Translations under genes and position numbers: made by a program
Notes under the pieces: model-generated
Databases searched by the model: none
Seen by the model: only the letters and a program-made list of their open reading frames with translations
Told to the model about the DNA's origin: nothing
Shown: positions 1 through 10,149 of the stretch, piece after piece
Layout: each line of letters begins with the position of its first letter
Position numbering within the stretch: position 1 is the first letter of the stretch
Source: Candidatus Omnitrophota bacterium
GTDB lineage: Bacteria > Omnitrophota > Omnitrophia > Omnitrophales > Aquincolibacteriaceae
Reading direction: 5' to 3'
NCBI GenBank assembly: GCA_035368605.1
Contig: DAOSLF010000010.1
Coordinates: forward strand, 766 to 64,765
DNA length: 64,000 bases

Positions 1-576
1 GTCGGGATGGTCATCCGTCACTCCGAGGCGTTTTCGATTTCCGAACGGCTGACGGTGTGGCGAAACAACAAGGCCGTATACCGCCCGACGGTGCATTACG
101 TCTACATGCCCTGCGACAGCACGCTCGCGTCCCTTCACGAGCTCCGGTGCCGCAACTACGACCTCCAGCCTTCTCTGCGGATCATCACGGATGAGATCAT
201 TAAAGGCAGGGATGCCTTGGGAGCCCTGATCATGGGACACCCGTACACTTCCTGGTGGACGGGAAGCATTCTGGACATCCGGGAAGCCCGAAAACTCGTT
301 CCGCACCAGAACGCTACCACCATCCAGGTTGCCATCGGAGTCGTGGCGGCCGTCACATGGATAATCAAGAATCCGAACCGGGGTGTCTGCCAGCCGGACG
401 ATCTCCCCCACGATGAGGTGCTTAAGGTCGCAAAGCCTTATCTGGGAACTTTTGTTTCGGAACCGAGCGACTGGACCCCGATCAAGAACTACCAGTCTTT
501 TTTTCCGAAAAATCCCCAGGCAAAGCTGGACAGGAAAAACCCCTGGATCTTTCAAAACTTTCTGCACAGAGACTAA
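1..576 (+). CDS. C-terminal fragment of a saccharopine dehydrogenase-family protein (homospermidine synthase-like?), truncated by window start
   Basis: ORF is open to position 1 (no upstream stop in window). Weak recollection of similarity to the C-terminal region of homospermidine synthase/saccharopine dehydrogenase; no strong motif. Confidence 0.3.
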   Translation, partial: VGMVIRHSEAFSISERLTVWRNNKAVYRPTVHYVYMPCDSTLASLHELRCRNYDLQPSLRIITDEIIKGRDALGALIMGHPYTSWWTGSILDIREARKLVPHQNATTIQVAIGVVAAVTWIIKNPNRGVCQPDDLPHDEVLKVAKPYLGTFVSEPSDWTPIKNYQSFFPKNPQAKLDRKNPWIFQNFLHRD

Positions 577-597
577 CGATACAGGAAAAGGATTCAT

Positions 598-1093
598 GAT
601 GCAGACCGACCGCCTCCGCGGAGTCGTCGTTCCGGAGACCCTGAAGATCGTCCCGGCGGGCAGCAAGGGCTTCTCGCTTGTCGCGAATCGAAGATTCCGG
701 TCGGGGGAAAAGGTCTGCTTCCTGGCCGGGGAACTTGTCGACGCCGCCGTTTCAACCCCGGAGGCAGTCCAGGTCTCCGAAACCCAGTTCATCGATACGG
801 ATTATCTGGTGGCTGAGGATTTCATAAACCATAGCTGCTCACCCAACACACGGCTTGATATCGAAAGCCGGTGGTTTATCGCCCTCCGGGATATTTCCCG
901 GGGCGAAGAGATCACGTATCACTATCTGACCACCGAATGGGACATGGAGGTCTGGGGGGCTGATTTCCGGTGCGCCTGCGGCTCCCCCCATTGCCTCGGA
1001 CATATCCGGGGTTTTAAATATCTGACCCGAGACGAAAAACTCCGGATAAAACCGTTTTTATCCCCTTTGCTCCGGGGAAAATGCGAAGCCTGA
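598..1093 (+). CDS. SET-domain protein (putative lysine methyltransferase)
   Basis: NHSCSPN motif, ELxF/Y-containing SET core and Cys-rich post-SET (CACGSPHC). ATG at 598 is preceded by AGGAAAAGGA. The longer upstream ORF from 383 overlaps the preceding gene. Confidence 0.75.
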
Positions 1094-1220
1094 TACCTTT
1101 TCAGGTCATCACCGCCCTTTTCTTCCGGTAGCAACTTTTGCTCCCGGACAATCTTTTTTCGTTCCCGGGTATAAAAACTATTTCTCGCCATTTGAGCCAA
1201 TTACCCCTATACTGGCACGC

Positions 1221-2471
1221 ATGCATCAACATCCCGCAAGTGAACCGCCCTCCCAAGCCAGCTTTTCCGGTCTCGGAATAGCGCCCCGGATTCTCGATAC
1301 CCTGTGCCGGCTCGGGTTCAGGGTGCCGACCCCGATCCAGCAGAAGGCCATCCCCATAGCTATCGAAGGGCATGACGTGATCGGCATCGCGCAAACCGGT
1401 ACCGGCAAGACCATGGCCTTCGGAATTCCGATGATCCAGCGCCTGGCAACCGGGGAGGGCCGCGGCCTGATCCTGGTCCCGACCCGCGAGCTCGCGCTCC
1501 AGGTCCATCAAAGTCTTCGCAAGATCGCCCCGCAGAAGAAATTCGCCGTCCTGATCGGCGGCGCCTCGATGCACAAGCAGATCCAGGAACTCCGCCAGCA
1601 CCCGCGTATCATTATCGCGACACCGGGCCGCCTGATCGACCATATGGAACAGCGGTACGTGTTCATAAACGACGTCAAAATCCTCGTTCTCGACGAAGCG
1701 GACCGGATGCTCGACATGGGCTTCGCGCCGCAAATCAACCAGATCCTGCGGAAGCTCCCCCGCGAGCGCCAGACAATGCTCTTCTCCGCCACGATGCCGG
1801 ACCAGATCATGAAGATCGCCTCCCGGCACATGAAACTTCCCGTCTCGGTCGAAATCGCGAAATCCGGCACAGTCGCGGAAAAGATCACGCAGGAGGTCTT
1901 CATCGTCAAAAAAGAAGCGAAACGGCAGCTGCTTCAGAAGCTTCTCGCGCAGTACCACGGAACCGTCCTCATTTTCTCGCGCACCAAGATCAACGCCTGG
2001 AAGATCAACAAGGCGGTCCGCGATATGGGTCACAAATCTGCCGAGATCCACGCGGACCGATCGCTCAACCAGCGCAGGGAAGCTCTCGACGGTTTCAAGA
2101 GCGGCCGTTACCGCATCCTCGTCGCGACCGATATCGCCGCGCGAGGCATCGACGTCGACGGAATCGAGCTCGTCATCAATTACGACCTGCCTGACGAGGC
2201 GGAAAATTACATCCACCGGATCGGCCGTACCGGCCGGATCGGCCACAAGGGACACGCCATTTCCTTCGCGACGCCGGAGCAGGGCAAAGAGGTCAAGAAC
2301 ATCGAAAAGCTCATGCGGATGGCCCTTCCCGTCTCGGAACATCCCGAGATGCCGCTCGAAAAATTCATTGCGGTCAAACCCCAGATCGTTGCCTCTTTCT
2401 CCGGCCGCCATTTCAGCCGGGGCCGTCGCTCCCGCGGATTCATCTCCTCCGCTTTTCGCAGGGCCCGGTAA
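1221..2471 (+). CDS. DEAD-box ATP-dependent RNA helicase with RG-rich C-terminal tail
   Basis: Q-motif (PTPIQ), Walker A AQTGTGKT, DEAD, SAT, HRIGRTGR motifs. Confidence 0.9.
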   Translation: MHQHPASEPPSQASFSGLGIAPRILDTLCRLGFRVPTPIQQKAIPIAIEGHDVIGIAQTGTGKTMAFGIPMIQRLATGEGRGLILVPTRELALQVHQSLRKIAPQKKFAVLIGGASMHKQIQELRQHPRIIIATPGRLIDHMEQRYVFINDVKILVLDEADRMLDMGFAPQINQILRKLPRERQTMLFSATMPDQIMKIASRHMKLPVSVEIAKSGTVAEKITQEVFIVKKEAKRQLLQKLLAQYHGTVLIFSRTKINAWKINKAVRDMGHKSAEIHADRSLNQRREALDGFKSGRYRILVATDIAARGIDVDGIELVINYDLPDEAENYIHRIGRTGRIGHKGHAISFATPEQGKEVKNIEKLMRMALPVSEHPEMPLEKFIAVKPQIVASFSGRHFSRGRRSRGFISSAFRRAR

Positions 2472-2755
2472 AATCAAATCCGCGGACGCTCACCGATAAA
2501 CGCAAAACAAGTGTCCCTGTTTCTGGCCGGCGGAACTCCGCTCTCTTCGAGGAACAGAAAGGTTGGAGGTCATGTGTCAGTCCCGCAGAAAAGAAAGGCT
2601 GAAACGCGGGTCGTGCGGTTTTTGCAGACGGATTTTTTATTTCCCTGCCAGAAGGATAGTGTTACACTATCGCTCTTCTATCATAAAAAGAACGGGGGCA
2701 CTCGTTTTTTGCCCATAGCAGGAGCGGCCCCGTATTCCCCAGGGAGGGTTTGGTA

Positions 2756-3505
2756 ATGTACAAGCTCGTTCTGATTCGTCACGGCGAAAGCATCTGGAAC
2801 AAGGAGAACCGGTTCACCGGCTGGTATGACGTGGACCTCTCCGAAAAAGGTCTTCAGGAGGCCAGGGACGGCGGCGCCCTTCTCAAAAAAGAAGGCTACA
2901 CCTTCGACGTCGCCTTCACCTCCGTTCTCAAACGCGCGATCCGCACCCTGTGGAACGTCCTCGATCAGATGGACCTGATGTGGATCCCTGTCATCCGGGA
3001 CTGGCGGCTGAACGAGCGTCATTACGGGGCGCTGCAGGGTCTCAACAAATCCGAAACGGCCATCAAGTACGGCGAGGCGCAGGTCAAGATCTGGCGCCGC
3101 AGTTACGACACGCCGCCCCCAAAGCTTGAACCGAACGATCCACGGAGCCCGGCGTTCGACCCGCGCTACAAGAACCTCAAGCCGAACGAACTGCCGCTCA
3201 CGGAATGCCTCAAGGACACCGTCGCGCGCGTGATCCCCTTCTGGAACGATACGATCGCGCCGGCCATCAAATCCGGCAAGAAGGTCCTCGTCGCGGCGCA
3301 TGGCAACAGCCTCCGCGCGATGGTAAAATTCCTCGATAATATCCCCGAAAGCGAGATCGTGGAGCTCAACATCCCGACCGGCATGCCGCTCGTCTACGAG
3401 CTCGACAAGGACCTGAAGCCGATCAGACATTACTATCTCGGCGATCCGGAAAAGATCAAGGCGGCGATGGAAGCCGTCGCGAACCAGGGGAAGGCGAAGA
3501 AATAA
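2756..3505 (+). CDS. gpmA: 2,3-bisphosphoglycerate-dependent phosphoglycerate mutase
   Basis: LIRHGESxWN catalytic His motif, RHYG and full-length dPGM similarity. ATG at 2756 preceded by GGGAGGG. Confidence 0.9.
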   Translation: MYKLVLIRHGESIWNKENRFTGWYDVDLSEKGLQEARDGGALLKKEGYTFDVAFTSVLKRAIRTLWNVLDQMDLMWIPVIRDWRLNERHYGALQGLNKSETAIKYGEAQVKIWRRSYDTPPPKLEPNDPRSPAFDPRYKNLKPNELPLTECLKDTVARVIPFWNDTIAPAIKSGKKVLVAAHGNSLRAMVKFLDNIPESEIVELNIPTGMPLVYELDKDLKPIRHYYLGDPEKIKAAMEAVANQGKAKK

Positions 3506-3700
3506 TCGCCACGCGTGCCGCGCCGCACGAAGAAGATCCTTCTCTCGCGGCATGTGCTGTGCGGCTTTTTGTCCGGTTTGAACAGAAAGGAAAAATAACG
3601 CGTCTCGGGTTCATGGCGACCCGCCGGCCCTTCATCTTCGGCGTGAGTTTTCCGCTTTCCGGCATCGCCGTCGCTTGAGCCTGTTCGCCGAAGAACCGTC

Positions 3701-4828
3701 TTATTCTTTCCGAAGCAGGAACCCGAAAACGTCTTCCGAGAGAAATTTCCCCCGCGTCGTGAGTCTCAGCGAATCACCGGCCCATTCCAGAAATCCCCCG
3801 TCGAGAAGTTCCCGGACCCTGTCCTTGATCCTCTCGTAGAGAACCGGAAAACGGGATGGGGCCGCACCTCCGCAAAGCCTCAGCCGCATCGTGAAACTTT
3901 CGGTCTCCTTGTCTTCCTCGCTCAAGACATCTTCGACATCGTTCGTCCACTCACCGGTCTCGCACTTCCTGAAATAGCCTTCGAGGTCATGCGCGAATCC
4001 GGAACGGACACCGGCAAGATAAGAGAATGAACCGGGCCCCAGGCCGAGATATTCCTCGTTGCGCCAGTAGATGAGGTTGTGCCGCGAGGCGAAACCCGGC
4101 CGTGCGAAGTTCGAGATCTCATAATGCTCGTACCCGGCGCCGGTGAGCGTGCGGATCGCGGCTTCATACATCGCCGCGTGTACCTGTTCGGCCGGTAAAT
4201 CGAGCTTTTGCTCGCGTTGCATGCGCCCGAAGACCGTCTCCTCGTGGATTTCGAGGTCGTAAAGGGAAACCTGGGAAACGCCGAGCCCGACCGCGCGGCA
4301 GAGCGAATCCCGGAAATCCACGACCGTTTGTCCCGGGAGGCGCAACATGAGATCCAGGCTGACATTGGTGATCCCGGCGCCGCGGATCCGGTCGAGCGTC
4401 ACGATCGTGTCATGGGCCGTATGCCGTCGTCCGAGCCTTTGGAGGATATCATCCCGGAATGACTGGGCACCGAGGCTGATCCGGTTCGCGCCGAGCGCCG
4501 AAAAGGCCCTCAGTTTTTCTTCATCGCCATCGCCGGGGTTCCATTCGCAGGTGATCTCCGCCCCCGGCCGGACCCCGAACGCCGCGCGGATCCTGTTTGC
4601 AATCTCCGTCATTTCGTCCTCGGTCAAAAGCGAGGGCGTGCCGCCTCCGAAATAGATCGTATCAAATTCAATCGCGCCGTGTTCCGCGCGCGCGTGGTCA
4701 AGCTCCCTGAAAAGACAGTTAAAGAATCTCCGCCGCACATCCGGCCCGGGGTCCGCGATCGAGATAAAATGGCAGTAATGGCACCTCGACTTGCAGAATG
4801 GGATGTGGATGTATAAACCTTTTTTCAT
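3701..4828 (-). CDS. hemW: radical SAM HemN-family protein (HemW-like heme chaperone / oxygen-independent coproporphyrinogen oxidase-like)
   Basis: N-terminal YIHIPFCxxxCxYC radical-SAM cluster motif and HemN C-terminal domain length. Confidence 0.8.
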   Translation of the reverse strand: MKKGLYIHIPFCKSRCHYCHFISIADPGPDVRRRFFNCLFRELDHARAEHGAIEFDTIYFGGGTPSLLTEDEMTEIANRIRAAFGVRPGAEITCEWNPGDGDEEKLRAFSALGANRISLGAQSFRDDILQRLGRRHTAHDTIVTLDRIRGAGITNVSLDLMLRLPGQTVVDFRDSLCRAVGLGVSQVSLYDLEIHEETVFGRMQREQKLDLPAEQVHAAMYEAAIRTLTGAGYEHYEISNFARPGFASRHNLIYWRNEEYLGLGPGSFSYLAGVRSGFAHDLEGYFRKCETGEWTNDVEDVLSEEDKETESFTMRLRLCGGAAPSRFPVLYERIKDRVRELLDGGFLEWAGDSLRLTTRGKFLSEDVFGFLLRKE

Positions 4829-4903
4829 GATGGATTATAGCCCCTTCTCCGGCCGCAGGGGCGATATCTTGCGGGAAGGCGCCTGTGGGATTGCCGGATC
4901 CGG

Positions 4904-5581
4904 CTATTCCTTTTTCAGCCGCCCGAGCAATCTCAAGAATCCGTCGAGGATGGTCATCGGATGCGGCGGGCAGCCGGGAATATAAAGGTCCACCGGGATT
5001 ATCGTGTCCAGGCCCCGGGACACTTCGGGACTCCGGGAAAAGATTCCCCCCGAGATCGCGCAGGCGCCCACGGCGATCACGATTTTGGGGTCCGGCACCG
5101 CCTCATAGGTCTTGAGGAGCGCCTCTTTCATATTACGCGTCACGGGGCCCGTGACGAGGACTCCGTCGGCATGACGCGGCGAGGCCACGAACTGGATACC
5201 GAAGCGGCTGAGGTCGAAAACGGGGGTGTTCAGGACGTTCGTATCCGCCTCGCAGGCATTACACCCCCCCGCTGAAACCTGCCTCAATTTGAGAGACCTG
5301 CCGAACAACTTCACGATCTTTCGATTCACCGCGCGCGCCAAGGCATACGTTTCGCCCTGAAGGACGAGATCCTGCCGGCGGCATGTCGCCATACGGAAGT
5401 CGTTGGAATGACGGATGCTGCTGTCCGGAACAAAGGTTATCTTTCCGAGATCGATCTCCTCCTCCGGGCCTGCCACGAGGGGACGACCGCGGTAGCGGGC
5501 GGGCAGAACCGGCGGTTTTCGTTTGGGAAAAGCCATCGTCCGGCACCCCTGCCTGAAACGCGTCATCAAGATCTTCAGCAT
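4904..5581 (-). CDS. group-4 hydrogenase small-subunit-like / NuoB-like protein (EhrS-like)
   Basis: Four Cys of the proximal FeS cluster are retained (GGCNAC, GACAISGG, GCPPHP). GAGG RBS upstream of the start at 5581. Confidence 0.75.
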   Translation of the reverse strand: MLKILMTRFRQGCRTMAFPKRKPPVLPARYRGRPLVAGPEEEIDLGKITFVPDSSIRHSNDFRMATCRRQDLVLQGETYALARAVNRKIVKLFGRSLKLRQVSAGGCNACEADTNVLNTPVFDLSRFGIQFVASPRHADGVLVTGPVTRNMKEALLKTYEAVPDPKIVIAVGACAISGGIFSRSPEVSRGLDTIIPVDLYIPGCPPHPMTILDGFLRLLGRLKKE

Positions 5582-5612
5582 ACCGGGACCTCGTTTTCAT
5601 TCGCGGCGCGGA

Positions 5613-7124
5613 TCATAGATCGTGCCCGCTGTAGGACAAATTAAAGCTCTTGTTGCACAATGGAAAATCCGAAATCTCCTGACCGCGCATGGCAAGAGTC
5701 AGCGCGAACCAGTTATGGAACGAGGGGTCCTTGATCTTGTAACGGCGCAGGCCTCCCCGGCCGTCGGTGAACGCCACATGCATGATTTCACCACGCCATC
5801 CTTCGACCATGGAAACAGCCAGCGCGCCCGGCGCGAGAGGCCCGGGGGCGGAAAAAATCGCACCCTGGGGCAAAGAGGCGAGAATCCTCTGCAGGAATTC
5901 CAGGGAGCGCATCACCTCCTGCCGTCGCACCAGCGCCCGGGCGTAAACGTCCCCGGTGACCGCGAGCGAAATGGGAACATGATAAAACCGCCAGATCCCG
6001 GAAGAATGATCGACGCGCGCATCACGCTCCACCTGACTCGCGCGCGCGGCGGGCCCGACCATCCCCATCTTTTTCGCGTCATCGGGGGAAACGGTTCCAA
6101 TGCCTTCAAACCGCGCGAGGACCGAGGGTCGGCTAAAAAGCAGATCGCTCACCTCTTCAAACTCCTTTTGATAACGTCGAAGCTTCCGGCGAAAATCTTC
6201 GGCCATGGAGGCCTCCATATCAAAAAGGACCCCGCCGGGGCGGCATAACCCTTTACCGAAGCGGTTCCCCGTCAACTCAAGCAGCAGATTCAGATAATCA
6301 CCCCGCATGCGGCCAAAATACGCGCTGGTCGGAAGAAACCCCGCGTCCATCCCGAGCGCGCCCAAATCCCCCACGTGGTTTGTGAGCCGCTCCAGTTCGA
6401 GCGCGATCGCGCGGATGGCCTGCGCCTTGAGCGGCACCGCGCAGCCCGCAAGGGATTCGACGGCCTCGCAGAAGGCCAGGGAATGTCCGATGGAGGTATC
6501 CCCCGCGACGGATTCGCTCAAAAGCACACTCCGGTTCAGGTCCCGCCCGCACATCATCGGTTCGATCCCGCGGTGCTGGTAGCCCAACTGGATCTCAAGA
6601 TGCATCACCTCTTCGCCGTGACACTGGAAACGGAAATGCCCCGGTTCGATAATGCCGGCATGCACGGGGCCCACACCCACTTCATGGACCTCTTCGCCGT
6701 CTACCGCATAAAAAGGATAGACCCCGGGGATCGTCCGCTTCGCGATCTCATCCCAGAGGTCGGGGCCGCCCCGGTAATTCACATGATAGCGGACGGGTTT
6801 GAGCCAGGGATGCCCTTCCGGGAGAACCGCCCATTGTTCCGCGATCTCGCGCTCGAAAAGATGCGCTTCGGGAAGCTCCGGCGTCAACGCGACATACCGG
6901 GGAGATCCCGGGGAGACCCTCATCGACAACACCTCAAGCTCCGGGTTCTCGTCCGCCGCGAGAATCGCGGCCAAACGAATATCCCCTCCCTCTTCCGGGA
7001 TCCCGAACAGATTGGCAAGCCGCGCGCCCTCACGACAGCGAAGGATCACTGTCTCGCGAAACTCTTTTTCCGCGAGAAGCGGGACATCCTTCCAGAAACT
7101 ACGCACACCGTTAAACAGTTCCAT
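5613..7124 (-). CDS. fused NuoC-like/large-subunit-like protein of an energy-converting hydrogenase-related complex (EhrL-like), lacking NiFe ligands
   Basis: HycE/NuoCD-like fold. The N-terminal RxCGxCxxxH site reads ...ESVAGDTSIGHSLAFC... (no CxxC). The C-terminal DPCxxCxxH site reads DFPLCNKSF (single Cys). Confidence 0.75.
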   Translation of the reverse strand: MELFNGVRSFWKDVPLLAEKEFRETVILRCREGARLANLFGIPEEGGDIRLAAILAADENPELEVLSMRVSPGSPRYVALTPELPEAHLFEREIAEQWAVLPEGHPWLKPVRYHVNYRGGPDLWDEIAKRTIPGVYPFYAVDGEEVHEVGVGPVHAGIIEPGHFRFQCHGEEVMHLEIQLGYQHRGIEPMMCGRDLNRSVLLSESVAGDTSIGHSLAFCEAVESLAGCAVPLKAQAIRAIALELERLTNHVGDLGALGMDAGFLPTSAYFGRMRGDYLNLLLELTGNRFGKGLCRPGGVLFDMEASMAEDFRRKLRRYQKEFEEVSDLLFSRPSVLARFEGIGTVSPDDAKKMGMVGPAARASQVERDARVDHSSGIWRFYHVPISLAVTGDVYARALVRRQEVMRSLEFLQRILASLPQGAIFSAPGPLAPGALAVSMVEGWRGEIMHVAFTDGRGGLRRYKIKDPSFHNWFALTLAMRGQEISDFPLCNKSFNLSYSGHDL

Positions 7125-7132
7125 CGATCCTC

Positions 7133-8560
7133 TCAGGCCCCGATCAGGGCCGCCGCTTCATGCAAAAGACCGCTCAAGGGGGCCGGCATCCAGAGTCCCA
7201 GCCCGACAAGCAGCGCGGCGGCGGCCGCTATGGTGATATTCATGAATAAATTCTCGCGCGGGGCCGGGGCCGGTTCTACCGGTTTGCCGTAGACGAGATC
7301 CAGCACGAGCCTCGAAATCCCCATGAAAATGACGGCCAGACACACAATGATGATCCCGGCCAGGACGTAATGCTCCGAGATAACGGAGGCGTTGATAATC
7401 AAAAGTTCGCTGTGAAAGGTCGCAAACGGGAACATCCCGGTCCCCGCCAGAAGCGCCACGAGCAGAAAAACGCCTGTCACGGGATAGAGATGAATGACCC
7501 CCCGGACCTCCGGGGCGCGGGACGATCCGTATTTCTGGGCAAGGGACCCCGCCGTGAGGAACATCACCACCTTGGCAAGGGCATTATTGATCATGTGGAA
7601 CAAGGCGCCGAAGACCCCGACTCCGCCCATGCCGAGCCCGAGGACCAGCAATCCCACATGCTCGACCGAGGAGAACGCGAAGGACCGCTTGAGGCTCTTC
7701 TCATCCAGGAGAAATACCGCGGGAACCACGAGCGACAGAACACCGGCCACGATCAAGATCGATCCGTAGAAATCGCCGAGCCCTGTTTTGTGACAGATCT
7801 GGCTCACGCGCATCAACGCGAGGAAAGAGCACTGGGTCAATCCCCCCGCCATCAGGACCGACACCATACCCGTCGCCTGGCCATAGGCCTCCGGCTTCCA
7901 GCTGTGCATTGGGGCAAGCCCCATCTTGCAACCGTATCCCACGAACAGGAAAATAACGCTCAATTTCAGCCAGCTGGTTGAAAGCAGGGGCGCGTTGTTC
8001 AGGATCGCGGGCAGGAGAAGCGTACGCGTCTCGTGGGCCGCGATCGCAAGGAAGAACGTTCCCATGAGCGCGAGCGCGATCCCGACGGAGCAAACCAGCA
8101 GATATTTCCAGGTAGCCTCCAGGCTTTTCCAGTTCCGGTGAAAGCTGATCAAAGGCGCGCTGAAAAGCGTGGTCGTTTCGATCGCCACCCACATCAGCCC
8201 GAGATGATAGCTCACCGACACCATCGTCGTCATCGAAAGCAGGCACAGGATGCAGGCCGTGAACGTGCGGTTGTTCCGGTGCTCGCGTTCGAAATAACCA
8301 ATCATGAAGAAAGACGTCGCCAGGAAAAGAAGGTCCAGGATCGAAAGGAGGAGGAGGCCGAGAGGATCGAGCACGAAATAGCCCTGAAGTTCCGGACCCG
8401 GCCGCCGCCACCAGAAGGACGCCACGACTGAGGCGTGGAAGAGCGAAACCGCGCACAGGAGCCGGACCCTGAAGATGTTTTTCGCCGGCAACAGGACAAT
8501 CAGAGCGGCGATCAGCGGGACCGCGATCAGAAGGATCAGCGTCATCAGCTCTCCCCCCAC
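7133..8560 (-). CDS. NuoM/N-like antiporter-type membrane subunit (HyfF-like)
   Basis: 475 aa, about 14 TM helices, PF00361-like conserved core. Confidence 0.7.
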   Translation of the reverse strand: MGGELMTLILLIAVPLIAALIVLLPAKNIFRVRLLCAVSLFHASVVASFWWRRPGPELQGYFVLDPLGLLLLSILDLLFLATSFFMIGYFEREHRNNRTFTACILCLLSMTTMVSVSYHLGLMWVAIETTTLFSAPLISFHRNWKSLEATWKYLLVCSVGIALALMGTFFLAIAAHETRTLLLPAILNNAPLLSTSWLKLSVIFLFVGYGCKMGLAPMHSWKPEAYGQATGMVSVLMAGGLTQCSFLALMRVSQICHKTGLGDFYGSILIVAGVLSLVVPAVFLLDEKSLKRSFAFSSVEHVGLLVLGLGMGGVGVFGALFHMINNALAKVVMFLTAGSLAQKYGSSRAPEVRGVIHLYPVTGVFLLVALLAGTGMFPFATFHSELLIINASVISEHYVLAGIIIVCLAVIFMGISRLVLDLVYGKPVEPAPAPRENLFMNITIAAAAALLVGLGLWMPAPLSGLLHEAAALIGA

Positions 8561-9195
8561 CTGGGCCGCCGCCCCGTGGAACGGGTGCGTTCGAACTCCT
8601 CGTTGATATGGTTGAGGACGATGGCCATGACAAAGACCGCGACAAAGATATCCAGCAGGATGCCCATTTCGATCGGCACCGGCATCGTGTCAAAGAGCGA
8701 CAGCGCGAAAAGGAAAATGCCGTTTTCGATCACCATGTAGCCCAGGACCTGCGTGACCGCGCGGGTCCGCGTCACCATCGTCATGAAACCGAGAAGGATC
8801 GTCGCCAGCGAACAAGGCAGGACCAGGCTCGACTCAAGCTTCCCGGGAAGTTTCATCGCGAGCGAGATCCAGAAGGCCACGGCGATCAGCACCGCTCCGC
8901 AGAGGATCGAAGCGCCGAGGCCCAGGATTGGCCTGACCTCGGAACGCATCGAAATGTGCCGGAGCTCCCAGAAAAGGACAGCGGGTACGAGCCCGGCCTT
9001 GAGCACCATCGTCACAAGCGAAACGGCGAGATCGCGTCCCGCAATAATGCCCCCGTGAAGGAAAAGCGGGACAAGACCCAGGAAAAACGACTGGACGGCA
9101 AATATCTTGATCATCCCCACAATGCGGTGCGTCGCGAGCAGAGTCAACGACAGGAACACCGCCAGGATACAGATCACATCGATCCAGGGCGTCAT
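8545..9195 (-). CDS. HyfE-like small polytopic membrane subunit
   Basis: 216 aa hydrophobic protein at the hyfE-equivalent position in the operon. Confidence 0.5.
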   Translation of the reverse strand: MTPWIDVICILAVFLSLTLLATHRIVGMIKIFAVQSFFLGLVPLFLHGGIIAGRDLAVSLVTMVLKAGLVPAVLFWELRHISMRSEVRPILGLGASILCGAVLIAVAFWISLAMKLPGKLESSLVLPCSLATILLGFMTMVTRTRAVTQVLGYMVIENGIFLFALSLFDTMPVPIEMGILLDIFVAVFVMAIVLNHINEEFERTRSTGRRPRWGES

Positions 9196-9199
9196 CGCT

Positions 9200-10135
9200 T
9201 CAGTTCCTCCATAGAGTGACGATCAGGCTGAAGAAGGCCAGGGCGAACGCGATCAGGAGAAGCAGCCTTACCCGATTGAGACGCAGGCGCGCCATAATGG
9301 ACTCCACGATCCCCACGAGAACCGCCATCGCGAACACCCCGCCAAGGAAGATCCCGGTGTCGACCGCCGGATGCCCCGTCCGCACGGGGATGATGATCGA
9401 AACCAGGATCGCGAAAAAGAGAAACAACTTCATCGCTGAGGCATAGAGCAGATAACCGAGGTCGACCCCGCTGTGATCCAGGATCATCACTTCATGGATC
9501 ATCGTGAGTTCCAAATGAGTGTCCGGATCGTCGACCGGGATACGGCAATTTTCCGCAAGGAGCACGATAAAAAAACTCCCCACCACGAGCAGCAGCACCG
9601 GATCCAGGCCTTTCCACGACATCGGGATATCGGCACCGATCATCCGGGAGAGCGAAAGACTCTCGGAAAGCAGCGACAGCGTGATGAAATTCATGAAAAG
9701 GGCCAGCTCCGACAGACACGAAAAAAAAGCTTCGCGGCTCGCTCCCATACCCTCGAAGCTGGACCCGGTATCCAGGGCGGCCAGGATCATGAAGAACCGG
9801 CCCAGCGCCAAAAGGTAGGCGACCAGCAGGATGTCTCCGGGAAACTGCACCGGGGCCCGGAACCTTCCGAAGGGAACCATCAGGGACAGGATCAACATGA
9901 CCGCGAGAGAGACGACCGGGGACGCGCGAAAAATCCACGTCGTCGTGGAACTGTAGACACATTTCTTGCGAAAGAGCTTCGCCAGGTCGAAGTAGGGCTG
10001 AAGGAGCGAAGGCCCCTTTTTCCCCGCGAAAAACGCCTTCACCCTGGCGATCACGCCGAAGAGCGCCGGCGACAACGCGCCGATGACCAGCCAGTGGAGC
10101 AGGAACGTGACCGCCTTATTGAACAGTAGACTCAC
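9200..10135 (-). CDS. NuoH/HycD-like membrane subunit
   Basis: 311 aa polytopic membrane protein with NuoH-like conserved charged loops, at the hyfC-equivalent position. Confidence 0.7.
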   Translation of the reverse strand: MSLLFNKAVTFLLHWLVIGALSPALFGVIARVKAFFAGKKGPSLLQPYFDLAKLFRKKCVYSSTTTWIFRASPVVSLAVMLILSLMVPFGRFRAPVQFPGDILLVAYLLALGRFFMILAALDTGSSFEGMGASREAFFSCLSELALFMNFITLSLLSESLSLSRMIGADIPMSWKGLDPVLLLVVGSFFIVLLAENCRIPVDDPDTHLELTMIHEVMILDHSGVDLGYLLYASAMKLFLFFAILVSIIIPVRTGHPAVDTGIFLGGVFAMAVLVGIVESIMARLRLNRVRLLLLIAFALAFFSLIVTLWRN

Positions 10136-10149
10136 ACGCCGCCTCGATT

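Noticed and set aside
383-597. N-terminal extension of the SET-domain ORF back to 383
   Set aside because: It overlaps the upstream gene by about 190 nt. The ATG at 598 has a good RBS and begins just before the conserved SET core.
1101-2477. 458-aa minus-strand ORF antisense to the DEAD-box helicase gene
   Set aside because: It fully overlaps a motif-rich helicase gene on the plus strand. Its composition is Arg/Gly/Asp-rich, typical of high-GC antisense frames. No domains found.
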